Part shown: piece after piece, positions 11,965 to 25,892 of the stretch | Position numbering within the stretch: the stretch's first letter is position 1 | Layout of the letters: each line of letters opens with the position of its first letter | Assembly: GCA_051294375.1 (NCBI GenBank) | Contig: CM119266.1 | Coordinates: 62,001 to 126,000, forward strand | Source of the DNA: Paraspadella gotoi | Taxonomy: Eukaryota > Animalia > Chaetognatha | Direction: 5' to 3' | Length of the DNA stretch: 64,000 nucleotides | The notes under the pieces: generated by a model | What the model saw: only the letters and a program-made list of their open reading frames with translations | What the model was told of the DNA's origin: nothing | Database searches by the model: none | Program-made: the position numbers and the translations under genes

Positions 11965-12667
11965 TTTCCTTTTTCACTCATTTTCTCTCCCTTCCCAGAT
12001 TTTCAAACTCTCAGTTTCGATATCAACGCTTCTCGCCCCTCTCTTTCATCATTTTTATAAATTATTTTTTTCTTTATATTTTTTTTTATGAATCGAGAAT
12101 TTGGTTAAAAATTTGTGATTTACAAATGTGAAGAAACTAAGAACGAAGTAATTCTTCCAAGGTAAAAAAAAAAATCAACGATTAAACGATGACTCCATCA
12201 ATGACGTCAACAACGTCGACCAACTCGTTGGTCGTCTTGCAACGGCGACTCCGGTCGACGTCCGCCAAATTAATTAACGAGAATAGATGATGGATTCCGA
12301 TCGGCCGCGGCAGGAGCAGCTGGACCCGGCGACCGTAGCAGCGGCTGCCGGCAGCAGCGTTGGTTGTTATTGTTATTTTCGATTCCAAATTTTTTTCGTC
12401 GAATCGAATGAATTTCTTGAGATTGAAAAAATGGATTTATTGGGATTTGGAGATTGTGAGGAAGAGACACAGACGGCTTTCACTAGAATTTCTCTCTTTT
12501 CTTTTTTTTCTTCTTTTTTTATCCTTGCCTTTCTTCTCTTTTACTATCTCTCAGTCTTTGTTCTTTTTTTTTTTTCCTTCTGGTTTTTTCTTCATTTTTC
12601 TTGAACTTTCTTACTCACTTTCCTCGTTCTTTCTGATAATTACTTTTTATTCTTTCTTCATTTTTCT

Positions 12668-12701
12668 TTTCTCTCTCTCTCTCTCTCTCTCTTACTTTCC
12701 T

Positions 12702-12769
<68 letters not shown>

Positions 12770-12812
12770 GGTGAGCAAACTCAATTAAACGTCATCCAAG
12801 CGGGAGTCTCCC

Positions 12813-12866
<54 letters not shown>

Positions 12867-12935
12867 CTGTGTCTCTCTGTGTCTCTCTCTGTCTCTCTCT
12901 GTCTCTCTCTCCTCCTCCCTCCCTCCCTTTCTCTC
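12668..12935. repeat. (CT)n microsatellite cluster
   Basis: Direct observation. Similar GA/CT tracts at 11750-11820, 22874-22960, 23191-23318, 27898-28144, 35048-35116 and 58550-58675. Confidence 0.95.
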
Positions 12936-13339
12936 TTTCCCCACCTTCTGGTTTCAAGTCACGTGACCGTGGGCGCCTCTAATATTTAAAAAGGTTTCCC
13001 TCCGGCGCCCCGGGGTAAAACTAAAAGGAGGAGGAGGAGAGAGAAAAAGAAGGAGAGAGAAGAAGAGGAAAGTCGAAGAAGAAGGAGAAGGAGAAAAAGA
13101 AAGAGGAATAAGGGAATTTCAAAAACTCAAAAAAACGTTTTAAACATTTATAATTGGGTAAATATAGTTTGGTAGAAGCATAAAGGACATCGTTGAGCGA
13201 TAGAATATAAATGAATTGACATTGAAACGAACGAACAACATAAATAATTTCAATTCCCCGACTGAAGAAAAAACATACCTAAGTGCCATGTCCGCCATGT
13301 CGCCATGTCATGTTCAATCCTGTCTGAGTCGTCGTCCAC

Positions 13340-14043
13340 AAAGAATGTTTTGCTTTAATGTCACAACTAATTAAGAACAATGTTTTTAATTTTAAACTCA
13401 AAATTCTTTGACTTTAATAAAGAATGTTTTGCCTTAAAGTCACAACTAATTAAGAACAATGTTTTTAATTTTAAACTGAAAATTCTTTGACTTTAATAAA
13501 GAATGTTTTGCTTTAATGTCACAACTAATTAAGAACAATGTTTTAATTTTAACTCAAATTCTTTGACTTTAATAAAGAATGTTTTGCCTTAATGTCACAA
13601 CTAATTAAAGAACAATGTTTTAATTTTAAACTCAAATTCTTTGACTTTAATAAAGAATGTTTTGCCTTAATGTCACATTTAATTAAGAACAATGTTTTTA
13701 ATTTTAAACTCAAAATTCTTTGACTTTGATAAAGAATGTTTTGCCTTAATGTCACAACTAATTAAGAACAATGTTTTTAATTTTAAACTCAAATTCTTTG
13801 ACTTTAATAAAGAATGTTTTGCCTTAATGTCACAACTAATTAAGAACAATGTTTTAATTTTAACCCAAAATTCTTTGACTTTAATAAGAATGTTTTGCCT
13901 TAATGTCACAAACTAATTAAGAACAATGTTTTTAATTTAAACTCAAAATTCTTTGACTTTAATAAAGAATGTTTTGCCTTAATGTCACAACTAATTAAGA
14001 ACAATGTTTTTAATTTAAACTCAAAATTCTTTGACTTTAATAA
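13340..14043. repeat. 79-bp AT-rich tandem repeat, about 9 copies
   Basis: Unit aagaatgttttgccttaatgtcacaactaattaagaacaatgtttttaattttaaactcaaaattctttgactttaata starts at 13341, 13420, 13499 and onward. Confidence 0.95.
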
Positions 14044-14764
14044 AAAATTATACAAAAAGCGAGAAAGTCCATGATTAGAATTCGTCGCTAGATTCGTTTT
14101 CCCTTTCGGTCGATTAGCCTTCGGTCCCATTTTAATAACAGCTCATAAAGTTTATCTGTTTCGTCGCCGCTTTTTATTTTCTCCTCTTTTTTTTTGCCAC
14201 ATTTTCCGAAATCGCCCCATTCTCACTGTCATCGAAATAACCGTAAATCGAAAAAATTATAATAATTACATTTTCAGATAGCTTAACGCGTGTTATTCTT
14301 GGAAATTGTAATGGTTCTGTTTGTAATTTTTTAATACTTCCAAAAAGTACAAATATGTTTCATCTTATTTTTTACGGTTCCTATTTACGTTATCCAATTT
14401 TTTTGCCTCTCAAATTCGGTAACACGAAAGTTTAAAGAGAAAATTTGATTTAATCAGTTAAGTGAGGAATTTTAAATACTAACATACGTTTAATTACTAA
14501 ATTTTATTAAATAATTAACTATCAACCGAAAAAGGTTTAGATTTCTTATAAATTTATGAGTAAAGGCTAAAGAGGTAACAGAAAAGAAATTCAATAAAAA
14601 GTTTTTAAATTTTTTTTTACCCAAAATGTATTAATTTTTTTTTCTATAACAATTCTAGGCGAGAATCTCGCTTAAAATAAATTCAACATTTTTCTATTTG
14701 TGATAATCCTTTTTGTTTGAATAGATAGAGAAAAAACGAAATTTTTTTCGCGATTAACATTTAT

Positions 14765-15519
14765 TTTTTAGTCGGATCTGCTTTCAGCAGATCCGACTCT
14801 ATAATTCACTTTGTCGGTCCGTCGGTCCGCCCCCTCAATCTTGTCGGGCATTCACTTATATCATGTCAGAATATCGAATTATGATAAATTATGCAAAAAA
14901 AAACGATGTCCGTCCGTCCGTCCGTCGTCCGTCCGTCCGTCCGTCCACCTTAGCAAAAAACACCAATTACTCGTGATTGGATGGATGGATTGAATGAAAT
15001 TTTATGTGTGGGTAGGGAAGTGTATGATTGAGCTAGGATATGAAGTTTGATGGAATCGTCCGAGTGGAAATGAGTTTAAATGGAAAAAACAAAAAATATT
15101 TCACTATTTGAACACCAATTACTCATGAGTGGATGGGCGATTGACTTGAAATTTTGTATTTGGGTAGAAAGTGTGTGATTAAACTGGGAATAAAGTTTCG
15201 TTTGAGTGGAAATGAGTTTAAATGGAAAAAACAAAGAACCTGTTTCACTAATTAATTATGCTTCTTTTTCTTTTTATTTTAAATGTAAATGCAAGATGTA
15301 TTAATTAATCAAATAATTAATAATCACTTAATTAATCAATCAAAACAAACATTTTGGATCAAATTAATTGCATAATTACATAATTAATTAAATACTTAAC
15401 TTGAATAAATTAATTATTAATAAATTAAATAATTAATTATTATTATTAATTAATTAATTAATTAATTAATTACCGATAATGATTGTGGGCAGATCCGACA
15501 TTGTTTGCTCAAACTTGTT
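14765..15519 (+). mobile_element. Complete short HINE/DINE-1-like non-autonomous Helentron
   Basis: 5' TTTTTA-GTCGGATCTGC-tttca-GCAGATCCGAC-TCTATAATT (subTIR plus its inverted copy), (GTCC)n microsatellite, 3' GCAGATCCGAC-attgtttgctcaaacttg-TT. T-rich site with no TSD. Confidence 0.85.
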
Positions 15520-15635
15520 TATGTAATGGACAAGTTTCGACTCCTAGTTTTTGAGTCTTCATCAGCATTGAAAAAGACACTTTCACAAACTTTTTTTATA
15601 TTGGTTTAAGGAGAGAGAGAGAAGAGGGAGATATT

Positions 15636-15698
<63 letters not shown>

Positions 15699-15816
15699 AA
15701 GTGAGAGAGTTTCCAACAAAGAAATTGAGTAAAGAAAAGTGGTCAGATGTTAGGACAGATGAAAGTGAGGGAGGAAGGAGAGTGAGTGAATTTGAGATTG
15801 GTGAAAAGAAAGAGAG

Positions 15817-15866
<50 letters not shown>

Positions 15867-16250
15867 ACAATACATTTGGCAATGTACAACAGTGAATAAA
15901 AGTGAAAAACTAAAGTAACATAAGTTAATAAATAAATAAATGTTTGTGAGAATTTGGTTTAATAGTAAGAATGAAATATGAAATATGAATGAAAGAATAA
16001 GTTGTGAGGGATAGCTAAGGTAAGTTTTAAGAGAAAAATAAGATGAGAAAGAGCTCAAAATGAGCTGGCCCCCCCCCCTGGCCGGGCAAATGAGGGTCAT
16101 TACCGATGTGCTAGGTTCATTGGCCTGTAATGGGCTGAAAGGATATTGTGGTGGAGTGGGATTGGTTCGGGTTTGGCAAAGATCCGGCTGGAAAAATGCC
16201 AAATGCCACTCGTATATCTCTCTGGCCTGATACGCCTGCCGAGAGCCTAT
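15520..16250 (-). mobile_element. Penelope-like 3' end (pLTR) with hammerhead; its tail probably lies at 14702-14764, split off by the HINE
   Basis: Minus-strand order is conserved peptide, G-run/GAGCTC, CTGTCCT(A)ACATCTGACCACT motif, (CT)n, hammerhead. Tail-like AAACAAAAAGGATTATC lies left of the HINE. Confidence 0.8.
15525..15569 (-). ncRNA. Minimal type I hammerhead ribozyme
   Basis: Reverse complement aatg-CTGATGA-A-GACTC(aaaaactag)GAGTC-GAAA-CTTGTC-catt. Stems I and II covary relative to the 2095 copy. Confidence 0.85.
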
Positions 16251-18889
16251 CTATCTATTCCTCTAAACATTTTTCTAACAGAGATTTCCGTTCGAATCTG
16301 ACTGCCCAACTTCACAAACGAGCTGCAAGAAATTTTGGTAGAAAACAGTTGTAAAAACACACGATTCCGACAGCTTTGCATCTCAAGAGCTCGTTCCTTT
16401 TTTCTTGTGGCATTTGATAAAGATTTTACTATCAGACAAGCCAGGGGAAATGGACTACTCGTCTCCGGAGGATTTTCAACCTCGTTTTACTATAGAAATG
16501 AAGGAAAATTTCACTTTTTTAAAATTATTAACGGGATTAGGGTATATTGGCATTATTAATGACACTTCAATGAGATTCCGAAAGCCTTTTGTCCCAAGAG
16601 CTCGTTCTATTTTTATTTTTATTATTGACGAATTTTTTCATATTAAACCAACATGTAAAGTGAATTGGTCCAGTTTTCATCTCGAAATTTTATTTAAAAA
16701 GAAATTAAAAGGAAGGTTGAGAGAAAAAACTGATTTTACCTAATATCTTTTGAAGGAACAAAGATAAAGGGATGGCAATAGTACCAAAATGAAGCTATAA
16801 TTATCGGGCACATACAAGATATAATTTGAGAATTACTTTTGCTGAACCTTACAGGGGGAGTGTCAAACTAAGTCAAAATTATAATGAATTTTAAAACTAA
16901 TGACACCCCATAAGAATAAATGAAAATTAAATTCTTTTTAAGACGCAGAGACAGATCACGCTTAATTTCATGTGCACGAAAAAAAAATATCGTCATGGAA
17001 TTTACTTTGTCTGACCATTTGTATTTCCTGGACAGTTATGCTGGAAAATACATGCAAATTAAGCAAATTAAGCGTGATCTGTCTCTGAAAGAAAGAAAAA
17101 GGCTAAATTGTACTCTAGTAAAAATTTAAAGTTTTTTGGATAAAGAAAATGTAAATTTTTTGTCATTTAAATATTTGCTTGTCTGATTTTACAAGCATGC
17201 TTACAAAATTCTACAAATATTATTCACAGCCTAAGTATTTATCCTTCTTTTCCACCAGCAAAAAGTAAACATTATCTTATTTTAGAGAACAGGGATGTTT
17301 ACTGAAAGGAGCTGGAAGACATTCAACTTCTTCACTTTGATGTTATTTTTCAATAATAAAATAGGCAAATTTTTTAATTATTTAACTCTAGATATTACAC
17401 TTTCATAATATCCCAATGTTAATGTAATTTATTATAGTTTTTTATCCAGAAATCATAAAATAACAGAAGGTTGTGGATTCCCTTCGCTCGTTTAAAAAAA
17501 AATTAACTTGCGGAATTAAAGTTTGTAAGAGGAAGTCAGAATCGGCGAAAATCTTAAAAGGCGAGAATGTTGAAAAAAGGGAGAGGAATTTTGGTTGTTT
17601 TTGGTCGATTTCTTCTAAACCCACAGGTCAATTTAGACGTAACTTAAGATTTACATTATTCCAGTCATTCTCTATCCAAAAATATAAAATTATTATGAAA
17701 AAAGGTTTGAGATCGACAATCGGCATTTAGTTCTAACAATTCAGATTGAACTTAAATTTTAAAAAGGTTTGTTTCATCGTTGGTTCCATCGCCGTTCTTG
17801 GCTAATGGCCAAATGGTTTGTCTGATCATTTTCCCAATTCATTCCCAGATCTTTGCTCGATTTTTGATTGTAATAATCCTTTATTTTGATTGAGTAGGGT
17901 GATTAGTAAAACAGATTTGAGATTCAACACCCAATTTATTTGATTAACGGACGATTCTTTATAATATTTATATTTATAATTGAGGCAAAATGGTTTTTGT
18001 TTTACAACGAATTTTTTTTTTAATTTTTCTTAGAAAAAAAACAAAAAACGGAGATTTTAGTTGTGAATAGGAAATGAAATGGTCAGAGTGAGAGAGATTG
18101 AGAGAGAGGGAGACAGGGAGAGAGAAAATAATACATTTCAAATGTACAACAAATAAAGTTTTAAACTAAATAAACAGTTATTAACAATTAAATAAATAAA
18201 TAAGTTAGTGGAGGTGAAAATGAAATGTGAAAGTGAGAAAATACATTTAGTGTTAATAAAGTTAGAAATTAAGAGTTAGATAGAGCTCAAAGTGAGCTGG
18301 CCCCCCTTTGGACAAATGAGAGGCTCGGGCGATGGGGCTGGGTCATTGGCGTGTTAGTTGGTTGAGAGGACAATTGAACCGAACATGTTATTGTTGGGCT
18401 AGGGAGCTTCCTTGCGGAAAGATTCCAAGCGCTACTCGAATGTCTCTTTGGCCTGATACGCCTGCCAGCTGCCCTCTTCTCGCCTGCTGACGAGGTGGGC
18501 GGTTGTCAGTTCTTGCCGTTTTGCACAGGAGTGCTGGACTCCTCCCCCTCCTCCTGGAGCTCACTTTGAGCTCTATCTTAACTCTTAATTTCTAACTTTA
18601 TTAACACTAAATGTATTTTCTCACTTTCACATTTCATTTCACCTCCACTCAAACTTATTTATTTATTTAATTGTTAATAACTGATTATTTAGTTTAAAAC
18701 TTATTTGTTGTACATTTGAAATGTATTATTTTCTCTCTCCCTGTCTCCCTCTCTCTCTCTCTCTCAATCTCTCTCACTCTGACCATTTCATTTCCTATTC
18801 ACAACTAAAATCTCTATTTGTCCTCATTCTTAACCTGTCCTCACCACTTGACCACTATTCTTTTCTCACTCTGTGTTGGAAACTTTGCC

Positions 18890-18920
<31 letters not shown>

Positions 18921-18970
18921 CCTCTCTCCCTTCTTTCAGACAAAAACTGTCCAAAATTCACAAATTGTTT

Positions 18971-19013
18971 GACGCTGAAGAAGGCTTGCAACTAAAGCCG
19001 AAACATGTCCGTT
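18971..19013 (+). ncRNA. Minimal hammerhead ribozyme (duplicate of 2091-2133)
   Basis: Same CTGAAGA...GAAACATGTC motif. Confidence 0.85.
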
Positions 19014-20104
19014 TTTTTTTCTATGAAAAAAAAAATTCGTTGTAAAACAAAAACCATTTTGCCTCAATACATAGAACAACGAAAAGAAAGTTATTACCAA
19101 TATGTCCAATAAATAAAAAAATAAATAAATAAATAAATAAAAAAAAATAATTGAATATTACTTTCAGTCCTTGCTGTGAGAGAGAATTTAGTTGACCAAT
19201 CAGTTGAAAATTTTCCTTAAAAACAATATTTACTTCATAAATAGATCTTATCGAATTTGTGTAAAAAAAATATTTCCTAAAATCATTTTAACATTTACTC
19301 ATCAAGCGGAAGGTTGCGGAAGATCTCCCGAATAAATCAAGTGCGTTGTAATCTCAATTATCAAATTTAATAAGAATGGTCATGTTTCCGCATGTTTCCA
19401 TATGGATTCTTAGTTAATTTTTAAATACTCAGATACAGTAAAACATTTTTTAGGACAAATTTTAATTTAATCCACGCTAGATATTCAGTTGATGACTAAT
19501 ATTACAAAAAAATAAGGAAATGTATCATAAAGTACCTGGTTTATAGTGCGTCCGAAAAAAAGGAAAAACCTTTAGATGTCCTAAAGAACTAATTTTTGAA
19601 AACTGATATTTCATGAGAAGTTTCTTACTCCTTGATAGATTAAAGCATAAATATTATTGTATGATGCACTGCCCTTTTTCCGTCTTTAAACTCCAAATCG
19701 ATGATAGTGAATTGGTTAAAATGGAAAAAACAAAAAAATCTATTTCACTATTTGAACGCCAATCGCTCATGAGTGGACAGGGCAATTGACTTGAAATTTT
19801 GTATGATGGTAGGATAGTATTTGATTGAGCTGGATATAAAGTTTCGATGGAATCTTTCGAGTGGAAATGAGTTAAAATGGAAAAAACAAAAGTCATATTT
19901 TTTTATTTAAATTTACTCATAATTATTATGTTTATTAAAAATTGGATAAATAAATTAAAATGGAATTTTGTGTGTGGGTAGGAAAGTATGTGATAAAGCT
20001 GGATATAAATTTTTTGATGGAATCGTAGGAGTGGAAAAGAGTTTAAATTAGAAAACCAAAAGACACATTTATTTGAATTTTGAAAGTTTCTCTCTCTCTA
20101 TCTC

Positions 20105-20164
<60 letters not shown>

Positions 20165-21399
20165 GATGATTGATTGATGGACCAAATTATGCCAATTGAC
20201 AAAAATATGCCAGTTGACCAAATTCTGAAAGTTGACTAAATTATGCCAGTTGATCAAATTATGCCAGTTGACAAAATTCAGCAAGTTGACCAAAATATGC
20301 CTGTTGACAAATTATGCAGTTGACCAAATTATGCCAGTTGACCAAATTATGCCAGTTGATAAAATTATGCCAGTTGACCAAATTATGCCAGTTGACCAAA
20401 TTATGCCGGTTGACCAAATTATGTTAATTTACCAAATTATGTCAGTTGACCAAATTATGTCAGTTGACCAAATTATGCCAGTTGACCAAATAATGCAAGA
20501 TGATTAAATTATGCAAGTTGACCAACGTTAGCTTATTACCACTTTAATTATGGTAGGCAGATCCGACATTGTTTGGGTTTCGCATACAATCAGTGTCTTT
20601 TAGACAACGAAATCTGAACTTCAATAATTACCACATTTCTTGATCTCATTGGTTAGTACGAAGCTTTCTTCATTTAAAAAAACGGTCGTCTCAAGTTATC
20701 TCCTTCTTATCAGTGAGAACTTCCCATGTAAATTTCTATGAGTTAAAAATACGGTAAGACATGATTTCTTCAATGCTTGTCAATCTAATCTCATTAACTG
20801 CTTAATTTTAGAAATAAGTATGTTTGAATTTTTATGGAACAGATAATTTTTAAAGATCGAATTCCTATATAAGAATCCTCATGTCTTTTACTTACACAAA
20901 AGATTTTAGGTAAGACGCCACATTATCTGATACAATTTTTTTTCCTTCATACGCTTTTCGCTGATATTTTTCTTCACCTCTTTTCTTCTCTTACTTTATA
21001 TTTTTCCTCTTCCTCTTTCCTCACCTTACTTCTACGCGGTCAGCCTTACCATTTTCTTTGGCCCCTACCTTTTTCTGCCACTCATGCACTTTCCTCACCT
21101 TTTTTTTCTCAATTTCATTCTTTCCCTTTCTTTTCCCCTCTTTTTCTTTCCATTTTTTCTCTTTTTTCTTACCTTACAATTAATTTACTATTTTTTCCCC
21201 ATTTGCCTTGGTTTCTTTGCCTTTCACCCTCTCTTTCATTCTCTCCACTTCTCCTTTTCTTGTTTTCCCTTTCCTATTTCCTCTCACTACGTTTACATTG
21301 AGTCAAATCAAAGAAAATATTTAAAATGCATTATAAGAAAGAAAATGAACGGTAGCGCATGATTTTTCTTTTAATTTTCGTTGCCAAGCAAATTTAGTA

Positions 21400-21458
21400 A
21401 ATCGACAGATTTTGCGGAAAGATATTTTCCGCAAAATTTTCCGCAAAATCTGTCGATT
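21400..21458. repeat. Short palindrome with about 21-bp arms (also 4504-4564)
   Basis: AATCGACAGATTTTGCGGAAA ... TTTCCGCAAAATCTGTCGATT. Confidence 0.85.
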
Positions 21459-22873
21459 CTGAGAAAAAACAAGTCCTGATGCTTTCCATTGGGTTAAAAG
21501 GATGCGGTTTTTTTTAATTAATCAAGGTGAGTATGTACCTCATCTTTTAAAACTAATAAATGAGTTGAAAATATTCTCTTAATCAAAAATAAATGCAAGT
21601 CACAAAAAGTCACAAATTAAGAGACGTCTTTAAAAATTATTTGTGGCTAAACCAAAAAAGTTTTTTTGATAATTTTATAGGTGTTAAAAGCTTATTCAAT
21701 AGGCTATATTTTCTGTTAATTTCAACCAATTTGATTTATTTTTGTTTAACAAATTATGATAAAGACTGAAACTCCAACTTTTTGACTTGTTAACTTTAGA
21801 ATTAATTCATAGGCAAACTATAAATGATTTAAGCTAATAAATTTACCCAGAGGTAAAGAAGATAAGAAAGAACGGATTTCCAAAGTAAAAAATTTTTCTC
21901 AACTTTCCTTGGCATTCAAATCATAAGTCGTAAGTAAAAATGGACAAAAATGGACATAATTTTTTTAGCTAAAAGTTGCCAAAATGGTACTATTTTATTA
22001 TTAGAAACGGGAGGAGATGTTTCTAACCAATCCTTCGTTCGGCCTAATTTGTGTTGTGGTACAAAGTTAATCAACATTGTATGTAACAACTGAACAATAG
22101 TGGAAAGAGTCGTTTTTTTCCTAAATGCAACGTTTGTACGCGGAACCTTTGCTCAAACTTGTTTTCTTGATAATTTAAAGTTCCTAACCTTATTTTGCCT
22201 TTCCCACTTGCATATTGGCAACCAATTCTTAAAAAATATTGTCATCAGGAGAAAGCGCTTAGCATTATAAAGAAAGCGTACTTCATACTAGAGTAGCTAA
22301 TTTATAGCTTTACTTACCGTGAAATTGTGTATCACCGCTACAAATTTCGAAAATAGTAGTTTCAAACTTTTAAAATCAAAGGCTGAGGACTAAAGTCAAA
22401 TATCAAAATATTTTTACAGTGACTCTTAATATAAGAAGGAATGTGTTCCATCTTCCTTCCCCCCCAATCTATGTGATGTTACCGTGACTCATTTATTTAT
22501 AGATTTATTGATTTTCTTTCTTTTCAAACTGCAGGGCGCGGCGTGGAGCGGCGCGGCGCTGCAGCCTGAAAAATCATGAAAAGGGAGAAAACGAGCGAGA
22601 GAAATATGCCTAACGACGCCTCGAGTCTGTTAAAGACTGTGATTTCAGACTAATCATTTGACAATAAACAAATCATTGTTTATTTAACGTAGAATCAATA
22701 CTAATAATCTTAAAACTGGGATTTACTTACTAAGATTTGGTTAGATTAAAAAAGATAAATTCTCGACGTCACATCGACATTTTTTTTCCTCTCCAAAGGA
22801 CGAGTGAAATTTTTCAATTTCTCGAGAAATTAGTTTATGAATTTTGGGCTCGATAAAGGGCGCCCCTCTATGC

Positions 22874-22963
<90 letters not shown>

Positions 22964-23188
22964 TTAGTAATCTTAACCTCTCTATCTCACCCATTGATAA
23001 CCTTTTTTCATTCTTATTTCAATTAATCTTCTAATATTATTTTCTATTCTCCTTTAAGATCCCATAATCCTCGTCCCCAGCCTCCTTCCCCTTATCCATC
23101 ATTTTCTCCTTCCAGCCAGCGATGGAGAAATTCCCTTCCTTACATTTCAAGTTTCGGAATTTAATTAAAACTGCGTGAAAAATAACCG

Positions 23189-23298
<110 letters not shown>

Positions 23299-23634
23299 AG
23301 AGAGAGAGAGAGAGAGAGGGGGGGGAGACGGACAAAGAGACAGAAAAAAAGATAGGCAGAGAGAGAAGGACGTCCTGAAAAATAAACACAAAGAGGAAGA
23401 TAGATAAAAAAAAAAAATCTTAAAAGAATAGGATCGAGCCTACCTTCAATGATAACCAAATATTGATGCGATGATAACCAAAGGATTGATGCGATGATAG
23501 TCATTCATTGATGTGATAATAATCATTTATTGATACTATGATAGTCATTCATTGATGCGACGATAGTCATTCATTGACGCAATGAATCAATCATCATAAA
23601 TAAAACAAACAAATGCGTGTATGAGTGAAAGAGT

Positions 23635-23666
<32 letters not shown>

Positions 23667-24839
23667 AAGAAAGAGAGAGAGAAAGAAAGAGAATAAATCC
23701 ACGAAAATCTCGGATGTAAATTTGGGATTTTGCATTGAGAAAAAAGCGCAGAATAAATGGCGATAATAAAAGTTTTTAAAAGGAAAAAAATAATCAAAAT
23801 TTTTGATAAAACGATCACGCAAGAGAACGTACAGAGAGAGGGAGAGAGACAGAGAGAGAGAGAGAGACAGAGAGAGACATACAGAGATAGAGAGAGAAAG
23901 AGAAAGAGAGGCAGCGGTACAGTCACTGCAGAGCCTAAACTCGTTATTAAAGGGTTCAGAAGAGGCAGCAACTGACAAAAATAGGAAAAAATAAGTATAT
24001 ATAATTTAAAGAAATAAAAGAAAGGAAAAAATTACAATTGTTTACAATTGGAAATTGTTACAATTTTTTCCAATCATAGCTTGTAAAAGATTTTATTTTT
24101 ATTTTTATTAAAATTAAGATTTAGCTTCTCATTTAAAAGGTCTTTTGATTTCACATGTTTTTAATGATTTTTTTATGAATTTCATCAACAATAATATTTA
24201 CTGCAATATGTAAATTAGATTAAAGCATTTCTATATAATAATTTGGATATTAATTTGAGTACTACAATCTCATTTGCATATTGCAGTAAATCATAATGAA
24301 GTGGAAATTCAAACAAAAAATACTTTAATCAAAATGTAAAATGAAAATTTCAAAGCTATTTCAAGATGAGAAGCCATATCTAAATTTTTAACTTACTATG
24401 GGGATGAGCATCGTTTCTAAACTACTCATTGTTTTATATCAAATTTGGTAGCGTTCGATAGACAATTACAAACATTATCTGCATGCATAATTTCATCATA
24501 ATCCGACAATCTGTTCAAAAGTAATCGCCAAAAAGCAATCGCAAAAATCGCTCTTCAAACCGATCAACTTTCGCTTAAAATCGAGCTCGTTTTGATCCAA
24601 CAAAGATTAGTACTATGCGTAGTACTAAGCTTTAGAACCGGCGCACAGTGAGATCCTGGGCCTGAAGTTTTCAGAAAAATCCCGCTCAATTAAAAATATT
24701 TTTTTATTATATATTAATTATAAGAATAATTTTTTAAAATTTTATTTGAATATTAAAATAATTAAAAAGTAATTTTGTATAATTTTAAATAAATAAAATA
24801 AAATTATTTTATAATAAAATATATATTATTATTAGATTA

Positions 24840-24853
24840 TATAATAATAATAA

Positions 24854-24924
<71 letters not shown>

Positions 24925-24986
24925 TAATTATAATTAAAAAAATAAAATTAAAAAATAAAATATTTATATTTTATTTATTATTATTG

Positions 24987-25047
<61 letters not shown>
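24840..25047. repeat. Inverted (AAT)n/(TTA)n microsatellite pair
   Basis: (AAT)n at about 24840-24920 faces (TTA)n at about 24975-25047. Confidence 0.9.
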
Positions 25048-25049
<2 letters not shown>

Positions 25050-25320
25050 AATAAAAATATTAAATTTTTTTATTTATTATATTTAATATAATTATTATAT
25101 TTTATTACAATTAAAATTTTATTTTAATCTTATATTTTTTAATTATACCATAATAGGAAAAAAACTGTTGTAGTTTGAAAAAATTAACTAATTTAATTGT
25201 AAAATATAATTTTTAATGCATATATACTTTTTAATATATCGTATTACCTTTCTTGGATTGAATAAAAAAGTTCATTTTTAAGATTATCATTATATTCATA
25301 TAAATATTTTTATATATTAT

Positions 25321-25892
25321 ATAGAAAACGTTTTTAGATTGATCAAACAACGATTTTTATTAATATGAGATGGACATGTTTCGGCTTTAGTTTCTACAAG
25401 CCTTCATCGGCGTCAGAGATAATTATGAACTTTTAAAAAGATTTGTGCAAAGGAAATGAAAGAGAGAGAGAGAGAGTAGTTAGTAGTTAATTGTTAAAAT
25501 ATTTATCTCACCTTTAATCTAAAATTTATCTTTGTTGTACATTGCAAAAATGTATTATTTTCAAATGTTCTCTCTCTCTTTTTCTCTCTTTCAAATTTTC
25601 ACCATTTAGTTTCTTTTCACAATCTGGCTCATTCTGTCCTTATCTTAACCTGTCCTCACATCTGACCACTATTCTTCTCTCAACTCTGTGTTGGAAACTT
25701 TGCCCTCTCTCTCTCTCTCTCTCTCATTTCCTTTGCACAAATCTTTTTGAAAGTTCATAATTATCTCTGACACCGATGAAGGCTTGTAGAAACTAAAGCC
25801 GAAACATGTCCGTCTCATATTAATAAAAATTGTTGTTTGATCAATCTAAAAACGTTTTCTATCATCCAAACACAACGAAACAAAAGGAAATA
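25321..25892 (+). mobile_element. PLE inverted pLTR pair nested in the Transib-like element
   Basis: Arms 25321-25475 and about 25712-25862 each carry a hammerhead with a CCGATGA core (25373-25410 minus, 25773-25810 plus). Family 24-mer at 25646-25670 and tail CAACGAAACAAAAGG. Confidence 0.8.

Noticed and set aside
13340-14043. CRISPR-like regular array
   Set aside because: Contiguous 79-bp units with no unique spacers, eukaryotic context and no cas genes.
16260-16745. ORFs of 68-112 aa with an internal 34-bp repeat (gattccga...caagagctcgttc)
   Set aside because: No frame or strand is clearly favoured, frames differ between duplicates, and the motif resembles internal MITE motifs.
20232-20507. 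Repeat protein (MPVDQI)n, also at 3185-3454 and 48819-49022
   Set aside because: An 18-bp tandem repeat inside HINE copies. The frame is open only because the unit is a multiple of 3, and it breaks between copies.
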